A stretch of DNA of 64,000 nucleotides, taken from positions 2,294,001-2,358,000 of the forward strand of contig NC_047076.1 in assembly GCF_902459465.1 (NCBI RefSeq), given 5' to 3'. Below the pieces are notes generated by a model. The model worked only from the letters and a program-made list of their open reading frames with translations. It did not search any database and was not told the origin of the DNA. Shown one piece after another: positions 31,556 to 45,100 of this stretch; within the stretch, counting starts at the first letter, position 1; each line of letters opens with the position of its first letter. Both the position numbers and the translations under genes were made by a program. The DNA is from Asterias rubens (Eukaryota).

Positions 31556-31922
31556 AGACAGTGGACACTATTGGTACTAGTCTTCGCAATTGGTGTATCT
31601 CAACATATGCATGAAATAACAAACCTGTGAAAATTTGAGCTCAATCGGTCATCGAAGTTGCGAGATAATAATGAAAGAAAAATAACCATTGTAACACGAA
31701 GCTGTGTGCGTTGAGATGGTTGATTTCGAGACCTCAAGTTCTAAATCTGAGGTCTCGAAATCAAATTCGTGGAAAATTACTTCTTTCTCGAAAACTATGG
31801 CACTTCAGAGGGAGCCCTTTCTCACAATGTTTTATACCATCAACCTCTCCCCATTACTCGTCACCAAGAAAGGTTTCATGCCGATAAATATTTTGAGTAA
31901 TTACCAATAGTGTCCACTGCCT
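31556..31922. mobile_element. Kolobok-type MITE (opposite orientation)
   Basis: TTAA|AGACAGTGGACAC...GTGTCCACTGCCT|TTAA. Confidence 0.85.
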
Positions 31923-32314
31923 TTAAACTAAAGATTCTGAGAGATTGGCTCCTGTAAGCCTGGCGTTACGGTTGACATCCCCTTGTGGGAGGTTGCCGAG
32001 TTCCCTTGACGAAAAGGTAATCTTAACAAACCTCATTGCCGCCAAGGTCAAACACGTGGAATTCGAAACTCTCAGACCTCATAGAGGGCGCTGGTCGGTC
32101 TTAATATTCTTGTTGGGTCATTTTCAAGAACAAAATCAAACGACGGGTTTAAACACCCTTTTCAATAAACTACCGACGCGTCAGCCAATGACTACGACAG
32201 TAAAACAATAATAACTTTAGTATTGTTAAATTACCTTTTTTAATAGATGTTTGCTCTCAATTTGCATAAAGAAATATATTTTGAGTTTTATAATTACACA
32301 CCAATGTGTTTTAA

Positions 32315-32718
32315 AGGCAGTGGACACTATTGGTAATTACTCAAAATAATTATTAGCATAAAACCTTACTTGGTGACGAGTAATAGGGAGAGGTTGAGGG
32401 TATAAATATTGTGAGAAAAGGCTCCCTCTGAAGTGACATAGTTTCGAGAAAGAAGTTAATTTCCACAAATTTGATTTCGAGACCTCATAAGTATTTAGAA
32501 TTTGAATTCTCGAAATCCAGCATCTGAAAGCACACAACTTCGTGTGACAAGGGTATTCTTATCTCACAACTTCCACGACCGATTGAGCTCACATTTTCAC
32601 AGGTTTGCTATTTTATGCATAACCCTAACCCTAACCCTAACCCTAACCCTAACCCTAACCCTAACCCTAACGAGTGAGAAGACTGGTCTTGGAAAATTAC
32701 CGATAGTGTCCAATGTCT
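32315..32718. mobile_element. Kolobok-type MITE containing a telomeric tract
   Basis: TTAA|AGGCAGTGGACAC...GTGTCCAATGTCT|TTTA; family body. Confidence 0.85.
32620..32671. repeat. Interstitial telomeric repeat (TAACCC)8 TAAC
   Basis: 52 bp of perfect TTAGGG repeat on the minus strand. Confidence 0.97.
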
Positions 32719-33029
32719 TTTAGCACCTTCACAGGAATTCGGGAAAGTATTGAGTAAATAAAGTAGTTGAAAATAATTTTTAAAAAGTAAATGATTTGTA
32801 CATATCAAAATCAAAAGATACAAGGATCGGTTTAAAATCGATCCAAATAATTAAGAATTAAAGTATGATTCTTATAGAAATCAAGTTAATTGGTTCCCCA
32901 CCACTTGTTAAAAAGTAGTCAAGACCAGTACACCCGAGGCCAAGACCCATCAAGATCCGTCTTAGGACCGACAAGACTGTTCAGTAGTTGGTCCTTCCGG
33001 TGGAATACATTGATCTCTAAAATGGCGAT

Positions 33030-33179
33030 CAATGGGGGACTTTTGGGACGCTTGGTGGCATCAGACTTACTTAGGTAAAATCCATTGTTCTCAGTGATGT
33101 GAACATCCTTATAACTACGTTAACAATGGACATTTACCTGGCAAGTCTGCTGCCACCAAGAGTTCAAAAGTCTCCATTG
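33030..33179. mobile_element. Small TIR MITE (second copy at 49475-49624)
   Basis: Termini CAATGGG(G/A)GACTTT / AAAGTCTCC(T)ATTG; shared core GGTAAA(A)TCCATTGTTCTCAG...GTCTGCTGCCACC. Confidence 0.65.
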
Positions 33180-33269
33180 AATATTCCTTTACAGTTTGAC
33201 TCCTGAGATGGCGGACATGATAGGTGCGCGTATGAGTGCGCTACCATCGTGATAGATTACCCTTCCCCT

Positions 33270-36200
33270 CTAGCGCAGAGACTGGGCGATGTGCCGACCG
33301 CCGTCTACTGGTAGGATTTCCCCCGTTGTGAAGCTGGCATCATCGGACACGAGGAAAGCCACACACATGGCGACATCATCCACGGTGCAAGCTCGCCCCA
33401 GTGGGTGCCAACGCCTCCCCTCCTCCTCAAGCTAGTAAAACATGAGCAGATACCATTTAAGGGGGAATTCCAATGGAAAGGTGGGCAGATGTCAGGTAGA
33501 CTTGATTGTCGACCCTGTTTTTTTGTGTCACCGATTAGAGGTTGCTTCGTCGACTGTTTGGGGGGTGGCTTGGAAGGACAGAGTAAGTCTACACATCTGG
33601 ATCCAAACCACTGATCTCTATTTATTAAACCGACTGAGTATACTAGAGATCAGTGATCGAAATAGGTTCTTTACAATCATATCAGATATGTAGACTAAAG
33701 CCCAGTTCATACTTCCTGCGAATGCGAAGCGAATGTTGATGTCAAAAAATCGCTAGAATAGTCGCAGCAGTCAACTTTGATCAACTCACATGCGATTATC
33801 GCTGCAAAAGGAAGGTTGTTAGGTAAAATTCTTGTCAAATTCGCATCATTCGCATTCGCAGGAAGTATGAACTGGGCTTTGCTCTGTCCTTCCAAGTCGG
33901 CCTCCAAAAGAGTCACCAATTAGAAGGTGATACATCAACTCTCTTTGGGGCTGACTTGGAAGGACCATGAAGGACTGGGCAAGTCTATGCATAATCGAAA
34001 CAGGTTCGTTTTGATCAGATGTTTGTGTGATACAGATCTCTTTTCTCCAGTATTTCGTGTTGCAGTTGGGGTAAAACGAGTTCCTTTCAATACAATTTTT
34101 ATTACGACTTTTATACTGGCGACTGATTTCTGTACAAGACCTATAAATAATTTTGTAATTCAACAGAGGGCGCCTTACCACATTTGTGGTCTCTTCTGCG
34201 CTTGTTGTTGTTTAGTCTTTGTGCAAGACGTTTCTCGTTCCCTTTTCACGCACACCGCGGCCAGTTCACCGACAGCGCGCGCACTGACTCACCTGACTTA
34301 TAGTCCACTCACTTTCTCCGGGGCGGTGAGTGGACTATAAGTCAGGTGAATCGGTGCGTGCGCTGTCGGTGAATTGGCCGCGGTGTGCGTGAAAAGGGAA
34401 CGAGAAACGTCTTGCACCAAGACTAGTTGTTGATAGATGGCAGAGGGCTACACAATTTAGTTTGTTTGAAAACATACAACAATGCTTACATTTTCATCCG
34501 TTGGATTCCACTTGGGAGCAGCTTTCTGGTAAATTGGAGTTACAGTCAGACCAGGACTATGACAAGAACGGGAAAATGAAAGAGTTTAAATTAAAAAGAT
34601 CCACAACAAACTTTTACTTCTCGTCACACTTCGAGGCTCGTGAATTACGCGCCAGCAGAGTTGCACGTCTGATCGATCTTGCATCGCATCCATACCAATA
34701 CCTGTCCCTTGAGGATGAGATCAGGGGACCAGTCTACACACAAGTTTGAATACATTACAACGCTTGGTGGCCAATTTCATTTGTTTTTCTTTTCTGTCGT
34801 CTGCTCCGCGACTTCGACTGCCCCGTGAATAGTCGTTGGCCGCAAAGAACATGTTACACAATGGCTTTACCGAAGCTACCATTGGGACACGGCTTTTGTT
34901 TATGAACATGCACACATTTTTTTGAGAATAATTTTCAGAATAACTCTGCTGCCACCTAGCGTCCACGAATGTTCCAATAAAATGTTTTTAAATTAAACTT
35001 ATATGACTGTTTACCCACAGACATAAAGAATATCTGTGTGTTTACCTCACTGCATTGACTCGTATCTGCTGGTCAGCAAGCTCTGTGGGTTCCAAATAAA
35101 ACAAATTGATTTTTAAAAGCAACAAATAAAACCGGGAAAAGTAGGCCCTGGAACAAATTAGTGCAAAGGATTAATATAGACGGGCAAAGATTGATAGAGA
35201 AAAACACGCGACCACAAGCAAAATGGCGCCCGATCGTGCAATTATGGGTAACATTTCATGGAACTGCCAAAGTGGAAAAAACTCGACACATAATTTCGCT
35301 AACAAGTATAAGGTTACCAGTGTATGATTACCAGTGTAATTTATGACTGAGGTCTATCCAACTCAATTTTGCTCATCAGCAGAGAGCAATTATTTATTTC
35401 CTCCGTGTTCTATAAAATTGTCCCATGGTAGCTTTATTTTGTGAAGTATGAGACTCACCGATTGCAACTGTTTTTGTAAAGTGATCTACAGCTGCTTTGG
35501 TCATTCCGTATCCAAGAAGACCGGGAGACTACGGGAAGAGAAAACAAACTAATGTTTATTGTTAGACAGAGGGCGCCCTGCGAATCAATCCAAAACATAA
35601 AACATAAAGGTCAATTTTCTAATAAAACGTGGCCTATACAGAAGATAATAACAAAATATTGTCAGTTTTAAATGTCCCGGAAAATTAGGAAAACACACGC
35701 AATCAAAGGGAGGGACTGAAAACATAATCACTATGTAAATTAATGGCCCTCACCAGGATTCGAATTTCACAGAGCAATGTTTTTATGACAGCACGGCAAA
35801 AACAACTGAGTTAACAGTGGATGGCAAGTTGGTTTACGTACATACTACATTATACTATCATACATACTATATTATATTACACCACACATATTTGTATACT
35901 ATACCACACTTACTATAACATACTACTACAAAGATGCCTCTGAAGACGTTCCGGTTTTTTTGAAAAAAATCCTAAGGCCATCTACCCAACTCATATTATA
36001 TACTCTCTTAATATTAATTTAAATTTTTGGTTTTTACCCATATACACCGATGTGTGTAGCACTGTATACTCAGTACTTTCCCGAGTCCTGTAAAAAAAAT
36101 CACAGGCATTTTACTCGGGTTGGATTCGAACCCACGACCTTTGCAATTCTAGAGCAGTGTCATACCAACTAGACCACCGAGATATGGGTAAATTAATATG

Positions 36201-39200
36201 TATATGGGTACAAACCAAAAATTTAAATTAATATTCTTTATCCAGATGCAAATTTAACATCTACTCTCTTAATGTAAGAGTGAAAAAGCACTCTTTGAAG
36301 AGCCAATAGACAACTCTTTTTCGAGTGGTCTTCCACTCTTTGAGATTGAAGTTTGCATCTTTTTGAGTGATTTTTCACTCTGTCCTGGAGTGAAACCTCT
36401 AAAACTGTGAAATAACCACCACTCTTTTTGAAGAGCCATATAAGGGACAGCTCGAAAAGTAAAGAGTGGTGTTTTTAACTCTTTTACATTAATTAGAGAG
36501 TAATACATTACTTACCGCTCTTTTACTTGAAGTACTGGACACATTGACAATCGAACCTTAAAGTAAGTAAAGAGAAATTCCGTTTACAACAACCCCCCAA
36601 ACAAACACAAGGCACATTAAAGCCAGTGGACACTATTGGCAATTACTCAAAATAATTATGAGCATAACACTTTTCATGATTACGAGTAATGGGGAGAGGT
36701 TGATGATATAAAACATTGTGAGAAACGGCTCCCACTGAAGTGCCATAGTTTTCGAGAAAGAAGTAATTTTCCACGAATTTGATTTCGAGACCTCAGATTT
36801 AGAACTTGAGGTCTCGAAATCAACCATCTAAACGCACACAACTTCGTGTGACAAGGGTGGTTTTTTCTTTCATTATTATCTCGCAAGGTCGATGACCGAT
36901 TGAGCTCAAATTTTCACAGGTTTGTTATTTTATGCATATGTTGAGATACACTAACTGTGAAGGCTAGTCTTTGACAATTACCAATAGTGTCCACTGCCTT
37001 TAAGTATAAGTAAGTAAGTAAGGTTAGTGGTGACATGGCGACACCATGTAAAATATTGGTTTGTGAGTATCAGGGGTGCGATGAAAAGAGCCGGTTCGTT
37101 ATGCTCGGTTTCGGTCAGTATGCTTTGGCAATCTTCTGGAGAATACTGGACTCTGTTGTGTCTGTTAGAAGACAGTCGGAGCAAACTGCCCGAAACGTCG
37201 ATTAACAAACCGGCTCTTCTGAGAGCCACCACAACTCACAAAAGATATGATTAACATGATGTCACCGCAAACCTTACTTTACTTCGTATTTTTCTCAGCC
37301 TTACCACACAAACTTAACTTAGACAAAGTTTACAATAAAATTATTTTGCTATGAAGAAAGATTACACATAAGGCGATTCTGAAACTTGTTATAGCGCCCT
37401 CTTTAGTTAAAATTAGCACACATTATTCAAAGACAGGGCATTAAACAATACCTTTTGTTTTAGCGAGATGAGATGTAAAATGCTTTGTAACCAAGAACAT
37501 GGAACGGATGTTGCCGGACACCAGTGCATCTAGCTGGTCCACTGTCGTCTCCAAGAGACCACCGTAGGAAAGTACTCCTGCACTGTTTACCTTATTACGT
37601 AATCGAGATAGAAACAAAGTCTTAACAAAATAACAACAACATATTATGATAATCGTTTATGCAGAAACGATTCTCAGATATTGTTGAATCCCTCTTTCTC
37701 TATGAAACCATATTCCTTCAAAGGCACTGGACAGTGGTCACTACTAAAAATAATTGTTAGTAAGCATAAGAACTTACTTGGTAACGAGCAATGGAGAGCT
37801 GTTGATAGTATAAAACATTGTGAGAAACGGCTCATTCTGAAGTAACTTTTTGAGAAAGAGGCAATTTCTCACTCAAATATTAAAATACTTCATGCCTGAA
37901 GCCTCTTAGTAGGCACCTGACAACACACAATATTGTGCATTTTTTTTTTTAATATACATTATTGTCGTGCAACTTCGGTGACCAATTGAGTCCAAATGTT
38001 CACATTTTGTTATTTTAAGCATTCTGATGGTTAAACACCACCTGAGAACACTGGTTTTAGACAAACCAAAGGCGTCCATTGCCTTTAACCCGAGCTGAAG
38101 CGCAGACAACGCAATGGAAGTCACCGGGCGGGGATGATTGGGGGGGGGGGGGGGGGGTCCAGCGAGACATGGCCGGAATTTTGCAGAAGTCTGTGAGTGA
38201 TTGACTTATCTTACACAAATAAGTCACATAAAACACTTACCAAAATATGAAGTTTTGGGAAATTTTCTATTGTCTTCTTAACAAGTTCCTTGACATCTCT
38301 TTCCAAAGTCAGGTCTGCTTTGACGATCAGAATCTGTTATTATGGAAATAAAGGTATGGCATTTAAAGGCGCTGTAGACGTTTGGTAATTACTCAAAATA
38401 TATTAGCATATAACGAGCAACGGAGAGCTGTTGATAATATGAAACATTGTGAGAAACGACTCCCTCTGAAGTAACGTAGTTTTCGAGAAAGATGTAATTT
38501 ATCACTAAAATAATAGAAGACTTCTGGCCAGAAGCCTTTTATTCCAATCTGAAAGCACGATATTTTGTACAAATTCTTTTACAATTTAATTGCAAATTCA
38601 ATGACCAATTGAGTACAAACTTTCACAGCCTTGTTATTGTATGTATATGTTGTGATACACAAAGTGAGAATACTGGTATTTGACAACAAACGTGTTCAGG
38701 CCTTTAAACCAATAACTACGACACGATGGTATAGGATTTCACCGTGGTTTTCCAGACTAATTAATAAACAGCCAGACATTCAATATAAATAATGAAAATA
38801 AAATATTCGGTTTTTATACAGCGCTACACCATAAGGGCGTCTCAAAGCACTTCCACATTATTAGACCTGGTCACTGGGCCTTAAATCATTCCTTAAACCA
38901 TCTCAGCTCCCTGGGGATTATACAGCCTGTGGCCACCAAATATGTAGCGCACTAAGCTAAACCAACCACAAGAACCATCTCTGCCCTCACACAGGTACCC
39001 ATTTACTCCTGGGTGGAGAGAAGCATTTAGTTAAGTGTTTTGCTCAAGGACACAAATATCTCGACCGGGATTCGAACCCACACTCTGCTGAACAGAAGCA
39101 CCAGAGCTTGAGTTCGGTGCTCAATTTAAACAACATACATCTTACCCTATAGCTATATAAACCACTAAAACTACGGTCTTTTGAGCTGTTGATGCATTCA

Positions 39201-40316
39201 ATTTCGATCTCGTGCACACACAATTGTGTGTACTTTCTCACTCAGATTCAATTCGGTCATTCTATTTCTGCATACAGAACGCTACACCTTTTCGTAAGTT
39301 GAATGTCTACTTCCTAATTGTATGGTTGACTAGCTCGTTCTACTGGCTTTATGATTCAAGACTTGGAGATGAGAAGCAAAAAGGAAGCCAACCTTGTCGG
39401 CGTCTAGTCCCTTGTCTTCGCATGCAGCCTGCACCAATCGTAGGTTGTCATCATTTCGACCAACTAGCACCACACTACACCCAAGAGTGGCAAGATGGCG
39501 GGCAATACCTGCACCAATACCAGAACTTGCCCCTGAAACAAGATTAAAACGTTGAACTGTAAAGCGACAAACAATTTCATGCAAACGTAGGCTTTGCTGG
39601 CACTGAAATATTTATAAATACCAACCACGAAAGCGTCAAAGTTGGAAGAAAAACAAAAACAGCTTTTTTTTACAAAGGCTTTAAAGTAAATGTTTACCTT
39701 TGTTAACATGTATAACTCCACTAATTAATAACCATAAAAACTTACTTGGTAAGAGCTATATGGAGAGCTGCTGCTAATTTAAAAAAAACATGCTTTTTGA
39801 AAAAACACCATTTGAAGTAATGTAGTTGATGAGAAAATTGTGTTATTTCCACCGAAAGCACACGGTTCTATGTAAAGGCATACCAGGAAGAAAACATAGA
39901 CATGCAGAACATCGGTGGAGCTGAAGGCAGGAATTAATATTTCTCTTAAAAGATGGCAGATCATAGGATGAGGGGAAACATGCACTCAGGCAAGGAGCTC
40001 CAAAGAGATGCAGTACGAGGGAAAAAGCTACTGGAGTAGCTCTTTGTTCTACATCTCGGCACAGCAACGGTATAAGGATGAGAACAAGCAGAAAGCCTGG
40101 TCTCACGCTCAAACACCCTGTCGGGAGGAACAAGGTTGGATATACTGGTGGAACATTTACTATACCTGTAAAAACAGACATAGGCTTGCTACAGACCTCG
40201 ACATAATCAGATGTGCAAGCCACCATATTGTTATAGAAACCCCGTCCACTATTCAAGAACATGCATGTAGACTTACCTGTGACGACCGCAACTTTTCCGT
40301 TCAGAAAAAAACTCAT
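33270..40316 (-). CDS. Classical short-chain dehydrogenase/reductase, FabG-like (262 aa). Exons 40277-40316, 39393-39532, 38241-38333, 37452-37590, 36516-36556, 35459-35528, 35046-35082, 34490-34556, 33270-33431
   Basis: Nine exons total 789 nt in frame. Motifs: TGASSGIG, VGRN, ADL, VNSAG, VNVSS, catalytic YGMTK, RVNAVSPG, HPLGR, VDGG. Confidence 0.93.
33697..33880. mobile_element. MITE, Harbinger-like
   Basis: ~30-bp TIR AAAGCCCAGTTCATACTTCCTGCGAATGCGAA; in the last SDR intron. Confidence 0.75.
34213..34425. mobile_element. AcademH-derived MITE
   Basis: TAGTCTT(T/G)GTGCAAGACG...CGTCTTGCACCAAGACTA, almost fully palindromic; 9-bp TSD GTTGTTGTT/GTTGTTGAT; same TIRs as 53488-57773. Confidence 0.88.
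36030..36183 (-). mobile_element. tRNA-derived SINE (family 1)
   Basis: A box TGGTCTAGTTGG and B box GGGTTCGAATCC; body homologous to 11240-11399. Confidence 0.75.
36621..36999. mobile_element. Kolobok-type MITE
   Basis: Perfect TTAA TSD on both sides; AGCCAGTGGACAC...GTGTCCACTGCCT. Confidence 0.9.
37722..38084. mobile_element. Kolobok-type MITE (diverged)
   Basis: AGGCACTGGAC...GTCCATTGCCT|TTAA; family body. Confidence 0.7.
38367..38703. mobile_element. Kolobok-type MITE (diverged)
   Basis: TTAA|AGGCGCTGTAGAC...CAGGCCT|TTAA. Confidence 0.7.
38812..39126 (-). mobile_element. tRNA-derived SINE (family 2) with CORE-like segment and L2-like 3' tail
   Basis: B box GGGTTCGAATCCC, then TGTGTCCTTGAGCAAAACACTTAAC (resembles the CORE start), ending GCGCTGTATAAAAA. 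Confidence 0.7.
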
Positions 40317-42199
40317 TTTTGGAGGCAGTTTCGGCAATTTGAGACAGAGAGGATCTTATACCACGAGGTTTTGTTCCAGGTTCTGTACAAAGTCTCTAAA
40401 CGTACGGAGAATACATCTAATATTATACATGTAGATGTATCCGCGGTAAATAGCCTTTATGACAACACATATGGGCCTACCCGTATAATTCACGAGCCGC
40501 ATTATTAGTCACACGCTTTCTGGTACCAGCAAAATGAATGCAACACTGGTGCTCCTTACATAATATTTGATAGTTAGTAGGTCAAGACAATAAATTATGC
40601 ATTTATCTTGAGTTCAACCCCCCCCCCCATAAAATAAACACACCCCAAAAATAAATAAAAAAATAACTTGAAATTAAAATTAAACATTGTTTGCATACTT
40701 TAAACTAAAATAAAGTATATCCATGATTGTTTGCTTAAGTTGTTTCCAATAAATTCAACACTATTTTTGAATAGGTGTGTGACATTGTAACAAACATTGT
40801 GCCCATCTGTTTTTTGTTTTGCTTTGCTTTGTTACATCCATTACTGTTATTAGATACGGGGAACATGACCAAGATGGCGGTATCATGATTAACGTTGATC
40901 TATGTGGCCACCACGGACGCCATTTTGAAACACTCGAAGCAGCGTGGAGCAGAAGACACCGAAAGTAAGTTTTCTCATGTCTGTGATTTGATTTGATTGG
41001 TCCGAGGTGATATTTCTGTCAGCTGCACCCGCATCACCTCAGACCAATCAAAACACAGATATAGAAATCTTATACATCACTGCACATGGGTCATTCCATG
41101 TCAGACCAACACACTTTTTTACCGCATGTCTTCCGATTTTGATAAAAATTGCTGTGATTGTAGGTCCTTATGAGCAATGAATGCACAGCAATTTTTAGCC
41201 CGATCGGACTTACCATGTGGTCAGGGCAGAAACCACTAAAATCTGACATTGTAAGGGTAAAATACCACCTTTTTGGTAAAAATATGTCATAACCATGTCA
41301 ATTATCATCACATATATGCAAATTTGGTATCAAAATGATGAGAATTGCATGCTCAAATCAGTTCTTTTGTCAAAAATAAATTTTCTGAAATGAAGGTCAC
41401 TGTAATCTTTAATATGTTATCGTGACCTTTGACCCAGTTTTTGAAATAATGTATCATTCCCAAAATCAATGAAATAAAAATCTTTTGATAGAGCATGTCT
41501 TCCTCTACCAGAATCCACTAAGAAACAGTTGGGCTCTTCAAAATTTACAACTTTATGACTATTTTTGTACAAGTACCGTGATCTTTAATATGTTATCGTG
41601 ACCTTTGACCCAATTTGTGAAACAATGCATCATTCCAAAAATCAACAAAATAAAAATCACTTGATAGAACATGTTTTCCTATATCACAATCAACCAAGAA
41701 ACAACTGGGCTCTTCAAAATTTACAATTTTATTACCATTTTTGTACAGTTGTTAGGTCACAAACTAGTCAATTTATATACTTTACATAATAAATCCACCA
41801 ACAAACCTCACTCTTCTGTTTCTAAAGTTACTTAAAGTGTTCATGGTTTGCGATTTGTTTCTTGTTGAGGGCTGATGTGGTTTAATCAGAATCAGAATTT
41901 AAACTATCAGCAGTGACACACCCAGGATTTATTATTTTTTGGGGGTGGGCCATATTTTCCCCACAAATTTCTTTCGAAGATTTTAAAACAAAAAATCAAA
42001 ACAAATCAAACAAACAAATTGAATACCTTGGAGGGGCTGGGATCAATCCCCAAGACCCATCGTCCCCCACCCCCCCCCCCTTTCGGGTGCACCACTGTGA
42101 TTATTAGTGATCCCAGTTAGAGATTACATCAAGGTTGAGATGGAGAAGCTGTCTGCCTTTCTTCAGTAGATCACAAACTTATGCAGTCTTACTTTAACC

Positions 42200-45100
42200 C
42201 CCTGTGATGAATCTTGAACAACAAATTAATGCATAGTAACTTTCTGAGAAATCCTCAAGAACAATTTGTTCACCATGCTGCAACTCTGACTTCAGTGCCC
42301 ATTTTAATAGAGCTGCTCAGCAGCAGATTTTGTGCCAACTGTGCGATTTCCATTTAACCGTATAGCACACGAAAAGGCATGCTAACCTTCCGATGAAGTC
42401 AGAGTTGCAGGGTTTCAAGATAATGATAGTGGAAAGCTTCCCTTCAAATATTACTAACTGAGGTCCTTTAGTTTTTGAGAAATTGGTAAAACAAGTCACA
42501 AACTAATTTCCGGGAAGACGACAATTATTTTAGCATGTAAAATCCCCTTAACCAGTTATGATATTATACCATAATCATAGCAAAACTGGTTAATACGGTT
42601 TTACATGCTAAAACCGAGACGAAAATTATTTCTTGTTTTAATCATTTCTCAAAGATCCACAGCACCTCAGTAAGTAAAATTTCAAGGGAAGCTTTCTACT
42701 ATCACAATCTTCAAACTATTTAAGTTTAAATGTAAATCTGTGGACATTGTGTTTTGTTAACTGCTGCAACCCTAGTGTTTGAAAATCTTAACTTTGGGCT
42801 GGTAAAGCTCTGTGTATTAATTTTTTATTTCCCTTTCTTGACGAGACGTTCTTTGGAAAATGCAGTAGATTTCGTTGTTCCATGTTTGATGAATGAAAGT
42901 TCAAGGCACTGGACACGTTCGGTAATTGTCAACAACTCTGGTTACTGGTTGCTAAAGGACCCAAGTAATCTTAGACAGTAGCTGGGCATGCAAAGAAGTC
43001 ACTTTAGATGAAAGTATTGGGAATTGTACGTATTACTTGTAAACAATAAATAATCATATTGTGTAAGTACTTTTGGCATGTTTGTTTTTGCTGCACTGTA
43101 CGTTCAATACTCTTTTGTACATCATGTACTGTCATCAAAAGTTCAGTTGTTATTTCAAACTCAACATGTCTGGCGTTAGCAAACATGCAGACATGGTTTT
43201 TCCCCAGTTTAAGAAACGTGTTGAAAATTACACGCATGGCTACATGTGTATTGATCAAATACTACATTATTAGTCATGGTTCGTTCTGGGCGTTGATTTT
43301 TTTTTATGCAGTGATGTTTGACCCCCCCAAAAAGGCACAACAAAGCTTTCTTGCGTCAGATCACAAGCAAAAAAAAACACCACATTATATTTGCCATACA
43401 GACGCTGTACTCGTTTGTAGAATCACACAGTATTTTCGAGTCGTTCCGTTGGCCGTTCCAGTGCACTGTTGACCGTCACTATCAGAGGTACACCCACAAA
43501 ATGACAAAAATGTTCACTGCGTCTTCGTGTCGTCGTCGTACTGCAACGACTACATGTGTTGTCGTAAATGTTCAATGGAATCAATTGACCAATTGGCTGC
43601 CCCCAACTACTACATATTATTCAAGTCCGCGCGACCTGTCATTAAAGAAATTGAGAAAGATCCCCAACTCTTGTACAATGCCACATACAAAAGATCATTA
43701 GTGACACTCACCAAGCTTAGCAGCAGAACAAATAACTCCTCGAAAACTTCCCCTTTCTTTAGACGTTCTTTGGAAAATACAGTAGATTTTGTAATTTTGT
43801 ATTCCATTGATGAATGAAAGTTAAGGGCACTAATTCTGAGGTCTCGAAATCAAATTCGCGGAAAATTACTTCTTTCTCGAAAACTCCCTGTGATGAATCT
43901 TGAACAACAAATTAATGCATAGTAACTTTCTGAGAAATCCTCAAGAACAATTTGTTCACCATGCTGCAACTCTGACTTCAGTGCCCATTTTAATAGAGCT
44001 GCTCAGCAGCAGATTTTGTGCCAACTGTGCGATTTCCATTTAACCGTATAGCACACGAAAAGGCATGCTAACCTTCCGATGAAGTCAGAGTTGCAGGGTT
44101 TCAAGATAATGATAGTGGAAAGCTTCCCTTCAAATATTACTAACTGAGGTCCTTTAGTTTTTGAGAAATTGGTAAAACAAGTCACAAACTAATTTCCGGG
44201 AAGACGACAATTATTTTAGCATGTAAAATCCCCTTAACCAGTTATGATATTATACCATAATCATAGAAAAACTGGTTAATACGGTTTTACATGCTAAAAC
44301 CGAGACGAAAATTATTTCTTGTTTTAATCATTTCTCAAAGATCCACAGCACCTCAGTAAGTAAAATTTCAAGGGAAGCTTTCTACTATCACAATCTTCAA
44401 ACTATTTAAGTTTAAATGTAAATCTGTGGACATTGTGTTTTGTTAACTGCTGCAACCCTAGTGTTTGAAAATCTTAACTTTGGGCTGGTAAAGCTCTGTG
44501 TATTAATTTTTTATTTCCCTTTCTTGACGAGACGTTCTTTGGAAAATGCAGTAGATTTCGTTGTTCCATGTTTGATGAATGAAAGTTCAAGGCACTGGAC
44601 ACGTTCGGTAATTGTCAACAACTCTGGTTACTGGTTGCTAAAGGACCCAAGTAATCTTAGACAGTAGCTGGGCATGCAAAGAAGTCACTTTAGATGAAAG
44701 TATTGGGAATTGTACGTATTACTTGTAAACAATAAATAATCATATTGTGTAAGTACTTTTGGCATGTTTGTTTTTGCTGCACTGTACGTTCAATACTCTT
44801 TTGTACATCATGTACTGTCATCAAAAGTTCAGTTGTTATTTCAAACTCAACATGTCTGGCTTTAGCAAACATGCAAACATGGTTTTTCCCCAGTTTATGA
44901 AACGTGTTGAAAATTACACGCATGGTTACATGTGTATTGATCAAATATTACATTATTAGTCATGGTTCGTTCTGGGCGTTGATGTTTTTTTATGCAGTGA
45001 TGTTTGACCCCCCCAAAAAGGCACAACAAAGCTTTCTCGCGTCAGATCACAAGCAAAAAAAAAAAAACACATTATATTTGCCACCCAGACGCTGTACTCG

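Noticed and set aside
32502-32823. ORFs with (TL)n / (GL)n runs
   Set aside because: Translations of the telomeric hexamer.
30356-36886. Recurrent ORFs MVDFETSSSKSEVSK... and MCAFRWLISRPQ... (30356, 31704, 36633, 36680)
   Set aside because: Chance frames within copies of the same non-coding Kolobok-type MITE.
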